A stretch of 64,000 bases of DNA from Eledone cirrhosa (lineage: Eukaryota). The stretch spans positions 308,574,001 through 308,638,000 of the forward strand of contig OZ024740.1 of NCBI GenBank assembly GCA_964016885.1, in the 5' to 3' direction. Below are positions 12,137 through 25,842 of this stretch, piece after piece. A program made the position numbers and the translations under genes. How positions within the stretch are numbered: position 1 is the stretch's first letter; the number at the start of each line of letters is the position of its first letter. The notes beneath the pieces are model-generated. The model was not told the DNA's origin. It did not search any database and worked only from the letters and a program-made list of their open reading frames with translations.

Positions 12137-13674
12137 TGTTTCGGATTGTTGTCCATCATATGAGAATGAGCAAGAAGAGATAGAAAGTGGTGTTGTTAAT
12201 TTGGCTGAAAGTCTGAGACATTAGATTCTTCAGTTCTCATAAAAATTGAACTCACTGAACTCTTTAATGGATTAATTTTTACTAACACAGATAATTACCA
12301 TTTTCCTCTGATTCTGGAGCTTACTGCATGTGTGTATGTGTTGGCAAAGAAGTGAGAGTGAGTGAGAAAGAGAGAAAGAATACTAGTGAATATGGATATA
12401 TATGTTTCTAAGTGTTCATTTTCCCTTTTATTGCTTTAGATTAATTTTTACATGTCTCCAATGGTTGCATGCTTTGTAGTAGTAGCAAATATATTTTGTG
12501 TTGCTGCTTGTACTTCCTAATGATAATCACTCAACTGTAATATAGAAGTGGGATCCAGTCAAACTGTTGTAAGCAAAGTTATATACATTGCTCACGTAGT
12601 ATGAGTAATGTGCATTTTACTAACGATGCAATATTTCTATTCTATTCCATTCACCCTTATCTCCTGATGGAATCATAGAGATATCCCTATAACATAAATG
12701 TGTATAGGAACATTTAAAACCATGGCAGAGTTTATCTCTCTAACTAAACAATGTATTGTTGTGTGCTTGAGTATATGTTTGCAGTTGTTTATACATGGTT
12801 ATGTGTTTGTGGTTGTTTATTGTAATTTCCTATGTCGTCTATGTGTTAGGTTTGTTAAATTTCAAAAAGAAAAATTTCGGAGAAATTGGTATTATTTCTA
12901 GCAGGCTGGCTGACCATAAAGAAACGCCCATTCAAAATATATTGTATCTCCAGCTTGGTATCGTTCTACACTTTATTGTTTTTTTGTTTTTTTTTTACTC
13001 TACTTTGATAAAGGGTTCCACCCAAAACATCAGTTCCCTTCTTCACTTTCTATTTGGCATAAATATTTCTACTGTACACATTATTCTTAATTTCCTGCTA
13101 ACAAAATTGTCAACCACGTCTTCTCTTTGCACAATTTTTTTTTTTTACACTTCTGTTTATTTGTTCATGACTTAACTTTGCTCCACCAATTATTTGTGTT
13201 GTCCGGATCTATATATATATATAAATATCTGCTTTGATGGTCTAGAAAACAAGCACCCAATACCATACTAGGTAGAGAGACCTGTTCGAAAAATATATTA
13301 CAGTTTCCATTTCATGCTGCAAAAACTGGTGGTAGGCCTGCAACCTGACCTGGGGATGGACGCACAAAGATTGCATATCCCGAGACCCTGAAGAGGGTTC
13401 AGAAGGGAGTAAACCTTGACAATTGGGACCTGGAACATCACAATACAATACTAGAGATTAATAATTTCTTTATTAGGGCCCAGTCAGAGTCATGTTACTT
13501 TGGAGTTATGCCTGTGTATTCACATAGTCATGAAACAAGTCTTGTCTGATGAGTCTTTTTGTTTAACCACTCCGAACTGACCCTGAACCTTCATTAAGTC
13601 ACTTCTCTCCAATACAGTCTGATTGGGTTTCTACCAACTTCATTTTCATTGCCATTATTTTGCGTAGAATATAA

Positions 13675-13860
13675 GGGCGGTGGATCGGTAAAATAAGTAG
13701 AGCGTCGAACACCATGCTTTGCAGCATAGAGTTACGGTCCTTTACAGTTTGAGTATAAATTCCACTGAGGTTAGCTTTGTCTTTCATCATTACAGGGTCG
13801 ATACCAGTAATGCACTGGGGTTGATGTAAAATTGTTGGCCTTTTGCCTATATCAGAAACT
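13675..13860 (+). mobile_element. SINE family A, older copy
   Basis: Family A head, core and tail; 19-bp TSD ATTATTTTGC(G/A)TAGAATAT at 13654-13672 and 13861-13879. Confidence 0.85.
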
Positions 13861-14956
13861 ATTATTTTGCATAGAATATTCTAATTATGACTAAGAATGT
13901 AAATCAAAGGCAGACATTTTCACTGTGTCTTCCTTTAAAAGGGGAAACTCAGTGAAGAGAATGTATTAAGATAGCTAATAGCAAAGGGGATAGTTGGGGA
14001 GACTTTAACAATCTTAGAAGTCTTCAGTGAAGAGAATGTAATTGCAAACCAGTGCTGCCAAACTATGGAAAGGTTTGTGTTACATGTAGAAGTGAAGAAT
14101 ATGGTGTCTTTGGCTTTCAGCTACTACTATTTGTGCTGGTTTTGTATGTATGGATATGTGTGAGTATGTATGCTTACATGCATGGATTTGTGTGAGTATG
14201 TATGCTTATATGTGTATGTGTGGATTTGTGCTGATTTTGTATGTATGGATGTATGTGAGTATTTATGCTTATATATGCGCGTCTGTGTGTGTGCATATAT
14301 ATGAATGGTGGGAGGAATGTGAAAAAAGAAAACACACACATACACATCCACTCACGTGCACACACCAACCATATCACAGGATTGTATAAACAAGTTTTTT
14401 TTTTGCCCAGTCAATAAAACATGTTGTGTTGGAACTAATTGTATTCTTCAGTTAAAAGACGTAGATTATCTGTTCTTCGAAATGTCAAATGTCTTGAGAC
14501 CACCCTCCTTCAAGTTAAGCATGTATGTGCTTCTATTGTTAACTGTTTGAAATACACTTCCTTTTATTACGTTTCTTGAAGATCCACTGATTTGCTTTAT
14601 ATATTTTGTTATAGTTTTTCTTTGTTTCTGTCTGGATGCAGTCTAAACTTCTCTCATCCTCTGACCTTTTCAGAGTAATCATACTTGTACCCCCTCCATA
14701 TACTCTCAATACTCAAACATGCATGTGTGCACACACACACACACTCACACACACACATATATATATACATACACACACACACATAGCATAGAAAAGTGGA
14801 TGTAAAAACGATGATGATGATGGTATATAAATATATGTACACATATAAGGTTTAATATGACTGAAATAGTTTTATTTTAATCTACTCTTATATATATATA
14901 AATGTGTATGTATATATGTGTATTTATATATGTATGTATATATGTATGTATGTATC

Positions 14957-15190
14957 ATGATCGTTATCATCATTTTGCGTCCATTTTTCCACACTATCAT
15001 GGGTTAGACGAGTTGTCCTGTTGTGGACAATGCCAGGTCAGGTAACCAAGTTTTGCTCATACAGAACTGATTTTTACTTGGTTTCTGCAGCTGGATGCTC
15101 TTCCTATCGCCAACCTCATTTACAGTGAGTACTGGGGGCTTTTTATCATGACACCTACACAACCACTTTGCAGTGTGGGCTGGGGGCTTC
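14957..15190 (-). mobile_element. Family B (GAT)n-tailed element
   Basis: CATCATTTTGCGTCCATTTTTCCAC...ATGGGTTAGACG...CAGCTGGATGCTCTTCCT...TTACAGTGAG, near-collinear with 36916-37170. Confidence 0.75.
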
Positions 15191-15714
15191 ACTGGATGTA
15201 TACAGGTTCTATGAGGAACTTTTACAGACAACTTCACGTGTTGACAAAAGAAACCTCATCATCCTAGCAAGCGACCCTACCCCCCTTTTAAGGTGGAGCC
15301 CCAGCACAGCCGCACTCTAATAACTGAAATAACCAGTTTAAAAAAAGAGAATTTCAAGCTCCACCCCACTCGGTAATTGGGTGAGGTCTGGGATCTTGTC
15401 GATCGTTTCCATACATATCATGTTAAAGAAACAATGGCAGTTTCAAACAGATGAAGTTTTAATATGCAAAGAAACCTTTTAGATAGAATTGTATTCAGTT
15501 TTATAGATTTAAAGATTTTTTTCCTAAAATTATATAAATAGCCTTCAAACAGTCTATTGAAGGATTAACTCTTAACATCGAGTAATAATTTAACAGAAAA
15601 TATCTAAAAATAGGCCTGTTAATTCAAATATTTGTAATTATCATTATTGTTTAATGTCCATTTTTCATGGTAGCATAGGTTAGATGGGTTGTCCTATTGT
15701 GTGCAAGAGATATG

Positions 15715-16650
15715 TAAGGATGAAAGGCAAAGCTAACCCCAGCAGGAATTGAACTCAGAACGTAAAGGGATGTAACTCTATGCTACAAAGCATAGTATCT
15801 GACTCTTTACTGATACTGCCAATCCACTACCCTTAAAAATTATTCCTCTAACTCTGATAGAGATTGAACCTCTAACTACACATTATAGGCAGAATGTCCA
15901 ACGCAGTTTCCAACTGAGCTCTTTAATAATAATTATTTCTACTTTTGGCACAAGGCCAGCAATTACCCAGTACATTACTGGTACTTTATTTTATCGACCC
16001 CGTAAGGATGAAAGCCAAAGTTAACCTCGGCGGGATTTGAACTCAGATCATAAAGGGACGTAACTATGCTGGAAAGTATGTCTGACCCTCTACCGATACT
16101 GCCAAATAATGATAATAATTGTTTCTACTTTTGGTACAAGGCCAGCAATTACCCAGTGCATTACTGGTACTTTATTTTATCAACCCGGTAAGGATGAAAG
16201 GCAAAGTTAACCTCGACAGGATTTGAACTAAAGGGACGTAACTATGCTGGAAAGCATGGCGTCTGACCCTCTACCGATACTGCCAATCCACCACCATAAT
16301 AATTGTTTCTACTTTAGGCACAAGGCCAGCAATTACCCAGTGCATTACTGGTACTTTATTTTATTGACCCCGGAAGGATGAAAGGCAAAGTTAACCTCGG
16401 CGGGATTTGAACTCAGATCATACAGGGAAGTAACTCTATGCTTCAAAGCATGGCGTCCGACCCTCTACTGATACTGCCAATCCACCGCCATAATAATGAT
16501 AATAATGTTTCTACTTTTGGCTCAAGGCCAGCAATTATCCCAGTGCATAACAGGTACTTTATTTTATCGACGCTGTAAGGATGAAAGGCAAAGCTAACCT
16601 CAGCAGAATTTGAACTCAGAACTTTATGCTGCAAAGCATGGTGTCTGACG
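15715..16650 (-). mobile_element. Array of five SINE family A copies (15715-15832, 15935-16105, 16119-16296, 16303-16490, 16507-16650)
   Basis: Four contiguous copies each begin TTTCTACTTT.GG..CAAGGCCAGCAATT and are separated only by (AAT)n; a fifth partial copy lies upstream. Confidence 0.9.
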
Positions 16651-16654
16651 CCAC

Positions 16655-16910
16655 GTTCCCATTGATTCAGTCAACAGAATAGCTTATTCATAAAATTAGC
16701 ATGCAAGTGGCTGAGCATTCTACAGACATGTCTCAACATGGCACAGTGTGTGACAAGGCTAGCTGCTTTTAATTTACATGTACAACTCATAATTTCCAGT
16801 GGTCTCCAGTAATGTGAAATAAAGTATTCTGCTCAAGGACACAATGTACTGCTGGGAATTGAACTCATGACCATATATTTCTGAGCTGAAAACCCTAAGC
16901 CATGCATCTT
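16655..16910 (-). mobile_element. tRNA-derived SINE family D with CORE-like central segment
   Basis: Reverse complement reads GCATGGCTTAGGG...GAGTTCAATTCC...TGTGTCCTTGAGCAGAATACTTTATTTCAC...GAATGCTCAGCCACTTGCATG; related copies at 23110, 30888, 32720 and 42135. Confidence 0.7.
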
Positions 16911-19900
16911 CACAAAAATAATGCGCACACACACAAATTGAAGTATGTGGGAAGGGTGATAGAAAAAGAAGTAAGAATATTAATTCAATACTGTTAGTTT
17001 CATAGAGCTTTTTATATAGCTGTATAGAATCAGTGGTATTGTATGAGTATTGTTAACTCAATATAGACATAGTCATACGATTATACGAAACCATTGGTAT
17101 GGGACTATTATCTCAATACACACAAATATAGACACACACATAGTCATACTTCAAACGTCTAGATTTATAATGAGTGTAGCTCAATAAATGACTTTACTAA
17201 TGTGATGTTCATGAGTATTTGTTGCAAGAGTAACTTAATCCTGTTTTATTACTCCTACACTGGTTTTCCACATGTTTACTTACATTTGATAGGAACCATA
17301 TGAACACAGAACATAGAATTTATGAACTTCCCTTGAACAACTTTTTCTTATATCATTTTATCTATCTTTTAAATTTTAATATACTTCTTCTGACATCAAT
17401 ATCTTGTTATTCAACATTAACACAAATACTTGGCATGTCTATGAAATTTCCTCTCTGAAGCCTACAAAGTTATCTCTGCTTTAGTTTCAATTTCCATTAA
17501 TTTACCTGCCCACATTTTCTCCTATTTAATCTGTGTTATTGAATTTCTCTTACCCCCTCCCCCCTTCTGTATATATACATTGCCTGTCCCTTGTTTTTAT
17601 TTTACTATTTCTGAACAGTGGCTGCTCTATTTTGACTTTTATACTGTAGTAATGTCCCAGGGAAGGTTTCCTACTCTCACCACTAAAAACCTGAATATCC
17701 AGAACATTTGTGTTTTATATATATACATATATATATATAATGATAATAATAATGAAAATGAAAATTATTGTGTACAGTGCACAGGTGCACTACAACTCAT
17801 CAAAGGTGCATGTATAGTGCATAGAACAATGTACAAAAGTCAGGAAAGTGAACAGTATATGAGTAATGGCACACACACACACATATGATCAGAAATATAC
17901 CAGTTTTAGATTAACAAGACCCTTATTCAGCAGAGTACTTGATACTTGGGAAGTAGAGTGTAAATATAGTAGAGAGTCAGGGCCCACCTAGTTTCTTCAG
18001 ATGTCTTGAAATAAGTAAAGAAAACAAGATGGAGAATACAATTTATGTGGGGATGTTAAGGTTTGACATTAGTTGGTTTAGAAATCATAGGTAATTTATT
18101 CCATGAGAAATATGGGTCAATGCTTTGTTTAAATTATAAGCCTCTGTAAATTATAGCTACTTCTATTAGTGATCTCACTAAAGGGACAGGATTTTGATAG
18201 CAATTGAACATCTAAACTGTATAAACAAGTCAGTTCCAAGCTCTTCTTTTTCTATCAGCCTGTCACTGTCCTTATACTTTCCCTCAAATATATATGACAA
18301 TCATTTCTAACATTGACACGAGACCTTAAATATTGAAGACTGGAAGCACAGTTGATTAAATCAACTCAGTATGTTACTGATATTGATAGTTATCAATACT
18401 GGGGTGGACTGCAAAGCTTGAAAGAATTTTATCTTAGAACATAAAAAAGGCATAACTAAATAGTGCAAGGCTGACATTCTACCAATTTTGACAGCATATA
18501 ATGATATCTAGTATGAACGTTTATATCAGAGAAAACTAGCACTAAAAAAGCAAGAGTATCAAGGAAATAAAACACCCCATTGAAAGTTTATCTGATGTGG
18601 TGACTAGACTAACACATCACAACTGAAGGGTAGAGCTGGAGATCCCATATAGTTAATTCGCTCATCACATGAGAGTTTAAAGTTATGGTAAGAATTTGGT
18701 ATAACATGCATGCACGTTCCCACTCTCTAACACACACACACACTCACTATAATATTACAGTTGATTGCAAAAGGAGTACTCTACTATTTTGCTCCTATGA
18801 AATCCTCATGGCTGATAGTCTACCATTGAGAAACATAGCTCGGTATTGTAAGGGTTAAATAAGTTACAATTGTCTGTCTACTGGAATTTCTTATGTAATT
18901 TAAAATGTTTGTATGTAGCCACAACTCCTTTCTATAACAGTGCTTTAGTATGAGTCACACTCCTCTTTTGTAAAGAATCAAGACTGCAAATTTATTTGCA
19001 TGTTATACTTGCTTACCAGTATCATGATTAAAAGTACTCAGTCCACCCTGTAAGGTATTAGTGCCAAAGTCACAATAAAATGCTGCCAGTACACACTGTA
19101 AAGTGGCTGGCATTAGATAAGCATCCAGCCATAGAAACCAAGCCAAAACAAAGCCTATGAGCAGGACATAGTTACCTCAGCATGCAACAGTCTGTTCAAC
19201 CTATGGAAAATAGACATTAAATGGTGATGATGACAGGTGAGATGGATAAGTCAATACGATATTGGGCTACCTGTTTATAGTTGGTGACTTCAAATTTTTT
19301 GTAGGTATTTTGTTTTGTCTCTTGGACAAAACACTATATTCACTATATTCTACATTGCCTAGCAGTAATCAGAAAGATATTCTAGATCATCTGTGAATGT
19401 TAATCTGATATAGATTGACATGCTATCCATGAGGAGTTGTCTTTCACCACAGTGTCTCTGGTGAAGAACACTTTATTCTATATTGCATCAGTTTAAATAA
19501 CTGTGATCAGAAAACTTACTTACATTTTACAAGTAGAAATCTTTCCAAACAAAGGGTTGGAAGGACCTTCAGTTGTGTCAAATGCATAACAACCATTCCT
19601 AGCACTCAATGGAATGTGAGACTATACATAAGTGAAACCCAGGTCCCTGGCTTGCTTGAGGGATCAGTGGCTCCACTTCAGTACAGACTTAGTCTATACA
19701 GACTCACCCAACCCTTTCTAGTAGCAGGGAAAGTGGACGTTATGATGATAATGATGAAGTGCCTATGATATTTGAACCAAAATTCTTTAGTTATTAACTT
19801 GGTCATCTGCACTACTCTCACCACCAACCACCATGCCTATGGTTTTGACCACTCAACATTATTCTAATCTGATCTAAATATTGAAAGTTAAGGTACTGTA

Positions 19901-20399
19901 AAGAAAAACTGGAGGAGATATAATCAAATAAGACTTTGGAAACTATCATATCTTAGAAAAACTAATCATTAGGAGGGACCTAAAGAGATCTATTAGTGTG
20001 TTTACTTATCTAACATATGTATTGGCAATAAGAAGAGGAAATTACATTAAATTAGCAATGATGATGGTGATTATGCAAAGACACTTTTGAAATGACAAAC
20101 CTTAGAAATATCTTAATTAGTACCATCAGCAACAGGTGTTGCTGAAGATACTGAAGAGAAATGAAACATTTGAATGGCTTCAGTCAACATTTTATGTTTG
20201 TGTACATGTGATTAAATTTTTGAATTCATGTGCTTCTCTGATTTTGTTTATATCTGTGTTTATGTATTTAAGTGAATATATGTACATGTGTGTTTGTATA
20301 TATTTTATATGTATGTATGTGTGTTTGTATATATTTTATATGTATGTATGTGTGTTTGTATATATTTTATATGTATGTATGTGTGTATGTATATATTTT

Positions 20400-20788
20400 A
20401 TAAGTACAAAGCGAAACCTACAGTCAGTAGGCACCTCTAACAAAAATACACCCCGTCCCACTACCCCCACCCTATCCACACCACCCCTTCCAATGTAAAG
20501 TTATGTTGGTACCACAACATCAAGTCCGAAACAAATAAGGTCGTGTAGGTGTCATGACAAAAAAAACACACAGTCCACGCTGTAATCTGGCCGTGTAGGT
20601 AACATGGTAAAAACCTCCCAGTCCACACTGTAAACGTGGCTGGTGTTAGGAAGGGCATCCAGCCGTAGAAAACCCGCCAGACACTCCTATACGAGCAAGA
20701 CAACCAATCTTGCCTCAAGTGGGAAAATTCCCGTCCAAACCCATGCTAGCGTGGAAGATGGACGTTAAACGATGATGATGATGATGAT
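20400..20788 (+). mobile_element. Family B element with (GAT)n tail
   Basis: GGTGTTAGGAAGGGCATCCAGCCGTAGAAAA...CCCATGCTAGCGTGGAAGATGGACGTTAAAC(GAT)n. Confidence 0.75.
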
Positions 20789-22029
20789 TCATATATGTCT
20801 GTTTTTATGTATTTATGTGAATATATGTACATGTTTGTTTGTATATATTTATATATTTTATATATATGCTGCATCCATGTATGTCAGTGTCTTTGTGTTT
20901 GTGTGTGTCTATTTGTATATGTATTTACATGTGTGTGTCTGTATATATCTATCAGTGTATCTAGTTAATTGGTTGGTTTGATCAATCAGTCAGTTGGTCA
21001 GTCGTCCGCACTATCAATTTTTGAAATGTCAGTTGAAACCTAACCTGTGTAAGAAAAATAGTTCAAAATATTTTGAGTGAAGTAACTACTTGAACAGACT
21101 TCCATTACATCTTCTCTGTGAAGTGGTATTATGTCAAGGACTTGCCTGTAAATTGAGGACATTTCACTGAACCATCTGAAGTGTTGTTGCCAGCTGGGTG
21201 GCCAGTCAGTACTTAGTAATGTTTTGATTGTTGACTGACAGCATATAATTTACTTGAGGGACTTCAAATTTTCTACTTTTCTCCTCAGAATTTGTGCAAT
21301 TGGAACAGAGAAATTTCATACCGTTATTGTTGCTAGGAATATCATTTTTCAGACTATTAACCTCATTCAAAATCCAGCCTGATACTCTTTTTTAATATTT
21401 AGTCAGGAGGAAAAATGTCCATGATCAATTTTGGTGCCTCTGGCAACCTGGCTTGAATGCTTCTAACAGAGTGGACTCAGCTAAAAGTATCCAAGGATCA
21501 GGTGAGTGTGTTAAACCTGGCAATGGATTAAGTCTACCACCTTAAGTAAGCCATGCTGAGATTTGAACTCAAAGCCAGAACAAATACTGCAAGGTATCTT
21601 GTCTGATGCTGTAATGATTCTATCAGTTCACTGCCCTAAAGTGATACTTGATTTATCAGCCATGCAAGGATGAAAGACAAAGTTGACCCCAGTGGGATTT
21701 GAACTCATGTTATCTTAAGCTCCAATTTGCCACCTATATACATATCCAAGAATAAGACAACTGATGATGACTGGAGATTGAAATATTGTAAATATAAATA
21801 ATAATGGTTTCTCATTGAGGCACAAGACCAACAATTTTGGTGGGGAGAGGAAAATCCACCCTAGTGCATTGTGCATTACAGGTGCTTTATTTTGTCAACC
21901 CTGTAAAGTTGAAAAGCAAAACATATAAATAATAATAATAAATGTTCCATCCTAAAGATAAGATTAATTGTACAAACAGTTATAATTCATTTCAGACATT
22001 TAGATATGCAGTTGTTGTATAACAACAAG

Positions 22030-22690
22030 TCAACAGAAATGGGACATTCTCAAGTGCAATATAGTTTCAGACAGCATTGCACTCTTTCTTGACTAACACC
22101 AACTAGCTGTTTCAGCTTTGCCTCTCAGCTGCACAGTGGCACGTTGCTGAATACATACCCTCATAGTCAACTGGTATCCAGCTGGATTATGATGGTCTCT
22201 AAATTGGTGTTTCACTCAGGCTTGGTTTCTAAATCTATGAGCAACATAAATGCTATTACAGATCAACAATAGATGTTTTTGGATTCCACTTATTGCCATA
22301 TCAGCTCAGTCTGGCTGGTTCACTCAATGTGTCACTCTTAATGATTTCATTAAATGTGGCTTCGACACAGCTGGGTTTTTTGGGTTTTTTTTTTATTACA
22401 GCTGAAACTAAAGGGATTAGACTGAGGTGATAGCAAAAAACTGGATGGCATTACAATATACCCATTCCAAAATGGTAAGCCTCTAATCTGAGATACCACC
22501 TGCAATGATACCTTCTTTGGCAATAATCTGGTAACATCAACATTAGACACAGACTTCGACAAAGTTCTGGATATTCTCTTCAATCAGAATGGAGATAGCT
22601 ATCTGCAAGAATGAACCCTGTGAGATGGACTGATGCTTTCAGTGCATCTCCATTGCTAGCCTCAAGCTCAATGCATTTTCCATTTTTTTA
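22030..22690 (+). mobile_element. Decayed CRE-clade non-LTR retrotransposon 3' region (zinc knuckle and restriction-like endonuclease)
   Basis: Broken frames IGVSLRLG..IYEQHKC; LNDFIKCGFDTAG; GLD*GDSKKLDGITIYPFQNGKPLI*DTTCNDTF; FQCIS.IA...NAF. These match, in order, CRE-type motifs LRLG, LNDII..AL..AG, GL.R.DGKRPDG.T..PW..G..L.WD.T..DT and FQR.S.A.QRGNA. Confidence 0.75.
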
Positions 22691-22889
22691 CTACTGGGTT
22701 CATGAAACATTCTTTTATTTATTAGACATTTAAATTGGCATGTAATTTTTTTAATGTATCTGAATCCTTTGATTTATTACTCTTCATGGCATATCAACTC
22801 ACTGTAATTTTTATGGATTAATTTTTCTTTGGATTCTGGATCTTAGTTTACTACCTTGCTGATAACCCTAGTTTGTAGTACTAGTAATA

Positions 22890-23080
22890 ATTGTTTCTAC
22901 TTTCTGGTACAAGGCCAGCAATTATCCCAGTGCATTACTGGTACTTTATTTTATCGTCCCCGTAAGGATGAAAGGCAAAGTTAACCGTGGCAGGATTTGA
23001 ACTCAGACCACAAAGAGACGCAACTCTATGCTGCAAAGCATGGCGTCCGACCCTCTACCGATACTGCCAATCCAACTCCC
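22890..23080 (-). mobile_element. SINE family A, full length
   Basis: 16-bp TSD TGTAGTACTAGTAATA at 22874-22889 and 23081-23096. Confidence 0.9.
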
Positions 23081-23109
23081 TGTAGTACTAGTAATATTAG
23101 TAGTAGATG

Positions 23110-23392
23110 GACACAGCAAGGTTCCAAGTTCAATCCGACTGTGTTGATAAGTGTCATTTACCATAGCTTTATCATAACATCTGGTCAATATGCCTTGTAA
23201 GTAAATCTGGGTTGACAGAAACTGTTTGTAAGCCTGTCAGATGGACTGTACCTGTAATCTGAATCTTCCTGAGAATTACTTTAAGGTTACGCGTATCTGT
23301 GGAATGCTCAGCCACTTACATGTTAATTTCATGAGTTGGCTGTTCCATTGATCAAACAACTGGAATACTCATCATGGAAACCAGTGGAGTTC
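23110..23392 (+). mobile_element. Degenerate SINE related to family D
   Basis: AAGTTCAATCC B-box-like motif; tail GTGGAATGCTCAGCCACTTACATGTTAATTTCATGAG shared with the 16655 and 42135 copies. Confidence 0.6.
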
Positions 23393-23572
23393 CATTCCAG
23401 TTATAGCAGGCGTAGTAACATAGTAGCAGTAGGAATGTGTGGTGTTGTGGTAGTTGTAATGGAAGTGGTAGTAGAGTATTGTTGGTAGTTGGGTGCTAGT
23501 AGTAGAGTGGTTTTGATTGTTATGTGCCAGTAGTAGGAATAATAATAGGTTGGTTGTGATGACGTTGTTATT

Positions 23573-23607
<35 letters not shown>

Positions 23608-24169
23608 TATTGTTGTCAGGTAGTCTGGATATAAGCTGTTAACAGGACAGTATGGTGAGGGGGGGTAGATGTGTGATTGATGTATAGAAGGAGTTGAGGT
23701 GTGTAGAACTAACAGTATGGACTTAAATCTAAATGTGTCACACAAAGGGATAATAACAACTTGTCTTAGTGCATGTGTGTTTGTGTATGGTGAGTCACCA
23801 TTGTGTGTGAGTGTCTGTAGGAGGAGTAGTCAGGAATGCCAACAGGACAATTGTTCAATACTTGCGCGCACACACACACACACACCACACACTAATGCCT
23901 GTAGGTATACACAGTCAAGTACACATATAGGTATACTTACCATCACTAACATGATTATTCCGGTGTTTACACTCAGAAAATACACACATACACACACATT
24001 TGTGACTAGACATAAACAAATATATACATACATATATGTACACTTTATATCCCTACAAATTAATCCAGTGTACCCACTACAAGTTGTAGTGCACCTGAGC
24101 ACTGTACACAATAGTTTCATTATTATTATTATTATTTAATATACATATTATTATTATTTAATTTATATT

Positions 24170-24350
24170 GGTGGATTGGCAGTATCGGTAGAGGGTCGGA
24201 CACCATGCTTTCCAGCATAGTTACTTCCCTTTACGATCTGAGTTCAAATCCCGTCGAGGTTAACTTTGCCTTTCATCCTTACAGTGTCGATAAAATAAAG
24301 TACCAGTAATGCACTGGGTAATTGCTGGCCTTGTGCCTAAAATAGAAACA
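24170..24350 (+). mobile_element. SINE family A, young copy
   Basis: Near-consensus; 19-bp TSD ATTATTATTTAATTTATAT at 24150-24168 and 24351-24369. Confidence 0.9.
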
Positions 24351-24710
24351 ATTATTATTTAATTTATATGTATATATATTATATATATTATATAATTTAT
24401 ATGTATATGATGATGGCAGAGGAGTGTAATTTAGATAACTATAATATAAATATACACACATACTTGCATATACATATGTATATATTAGCATGTTACCTCA
24501 CTAGCATACACATGCACACACACTCAGATATCACTTACATATTTACTATACACACTCCCAAACACTCATACATACACACACAAACACCTGCACCTAAATA
24601 AAGTTATATACATGTGTACACATGCATGCATACATATGTCTGATGATAATGATAACTGACTCCATAGAAAATCCTCAGTCATTGGCAACTAAGCCATGAT
24701 AATTAATCCA

Positions 24711-25022
24711 ACATCATCACCATCATTGTTTTTACGGTTGCTTTTCCATACTTCTCAGCATGCCATCTCTCCACACATCGTGGTCCTCTGACATTGCCTC
24801 TGTGAGTCTGTGATTTGAGGTCAGCTCTCATAACCTCTGCCCAGTTCTTTCTTGGTCTACCTCTATTGCGACCTCCTTCCACTTGCATTTCCTGGCACTT
24901 CTTCACCCAGTGATCATTGTCCATGCACATCACATGTCCAAACCAACGCAGTCTTCTCTCCTGCACACCATATCAGATTCCTCTTAAACCTAGCTTCTCT
25001 TTCAACTCGTCCAAGCTCTGTC
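24711..25022 (-). mobile_element. RTE-clade LINE 3' fragment (family R1)
   Basis: QERRLRWFGHVMCMDNDHWVKKCQEMQVEGGRNRGRPRKNWAEVMRADL; (GAT)n-like tail. Confidence 0.85.
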
Positions 25023-25435
25023 AACATATATTTATTATTTCTTCATTGTATTATTTGAATTAGACCACAAATTATCATCATCATAATTCATACTATTAAC
25101 TTAATATTTTTTGTATACAATAGTTTTAGTGATACTTTTTTCCTCTTTGTTTCCCCTACTTATTTGTATTAATTATCCTAACAAAAAAATCAATTTATTT
25201 CCTTGTCTTAGAGTAGTATTTAATATTTAACTGTTTATCACGAAACTCTGGTTGTGGTTTGTAAATCCTTATCTTATTAAATGTTTCAGCGCTTTATTAA
25301 TATTGAATAAGTTAATCTAATTCGTGACTTAGTTATTTGTAAAAGGTTCAGTTTAGCAGACAGTTAATTATACTAAAGCCCATGTGTTAAATAATTGCTG
25401 ATTTAAATAAAATATATATTACTTTAAAAATTAAC

Positions 25436-25842
25436 AACCTTGGGTAATGACAATCACAAATACAAGCAGCCGAAATGGTGTTCCTCCAGAGGGTACATGG
25501 AGTAATGTTACTTAATAGTGTGCATAGCTCAGAGACCAGAGAGTCACTCTCAGTTAGAGCCACTACTTCTCTGAATTGAGAGATCACAGCTCCGATATTA
25601 TGAGCATGTGAATGTCTCAGGAAAGAATTGCTGGAAAGATTTTACAGGCAAAATCAACCAAAGGAGACCCAGAGGTAGCCCCCAAGAAACATGGTTGGAT
25701 AACATTCATGAGCTCAACTGGTCTCACTTGGGGATCCAGCCAAAACATTTGGAGACAGTTGCTTCTGACAGGATTCTCTGGATGGAGTGTTTGAGCACGC
25801 TGTCCCTATGACCCTCTCAGGAATAAGTGGGCAAAGAAGAAG
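25436..25842 (+). mobile_element. RTE-clade LINE 3' fragment (family R2)
   Basis: Collinear with 11700-12130; RRPRGSPQETWLDNIHELNW; ends GGGCAAAGAAGAAG. Confidence 0.85.

Noticed and set aside
13532-13556. GAAAC-AA-GTC-TTGT-CTGATGAG hammerhead-like words
   Set aside because: Only 4 nt are available for stem I and there is no stem II partner, so it cannot fold.
21761-21800. CTGATGA...GAAA...GTA
   Set aside because: Stems I and II do not pair.
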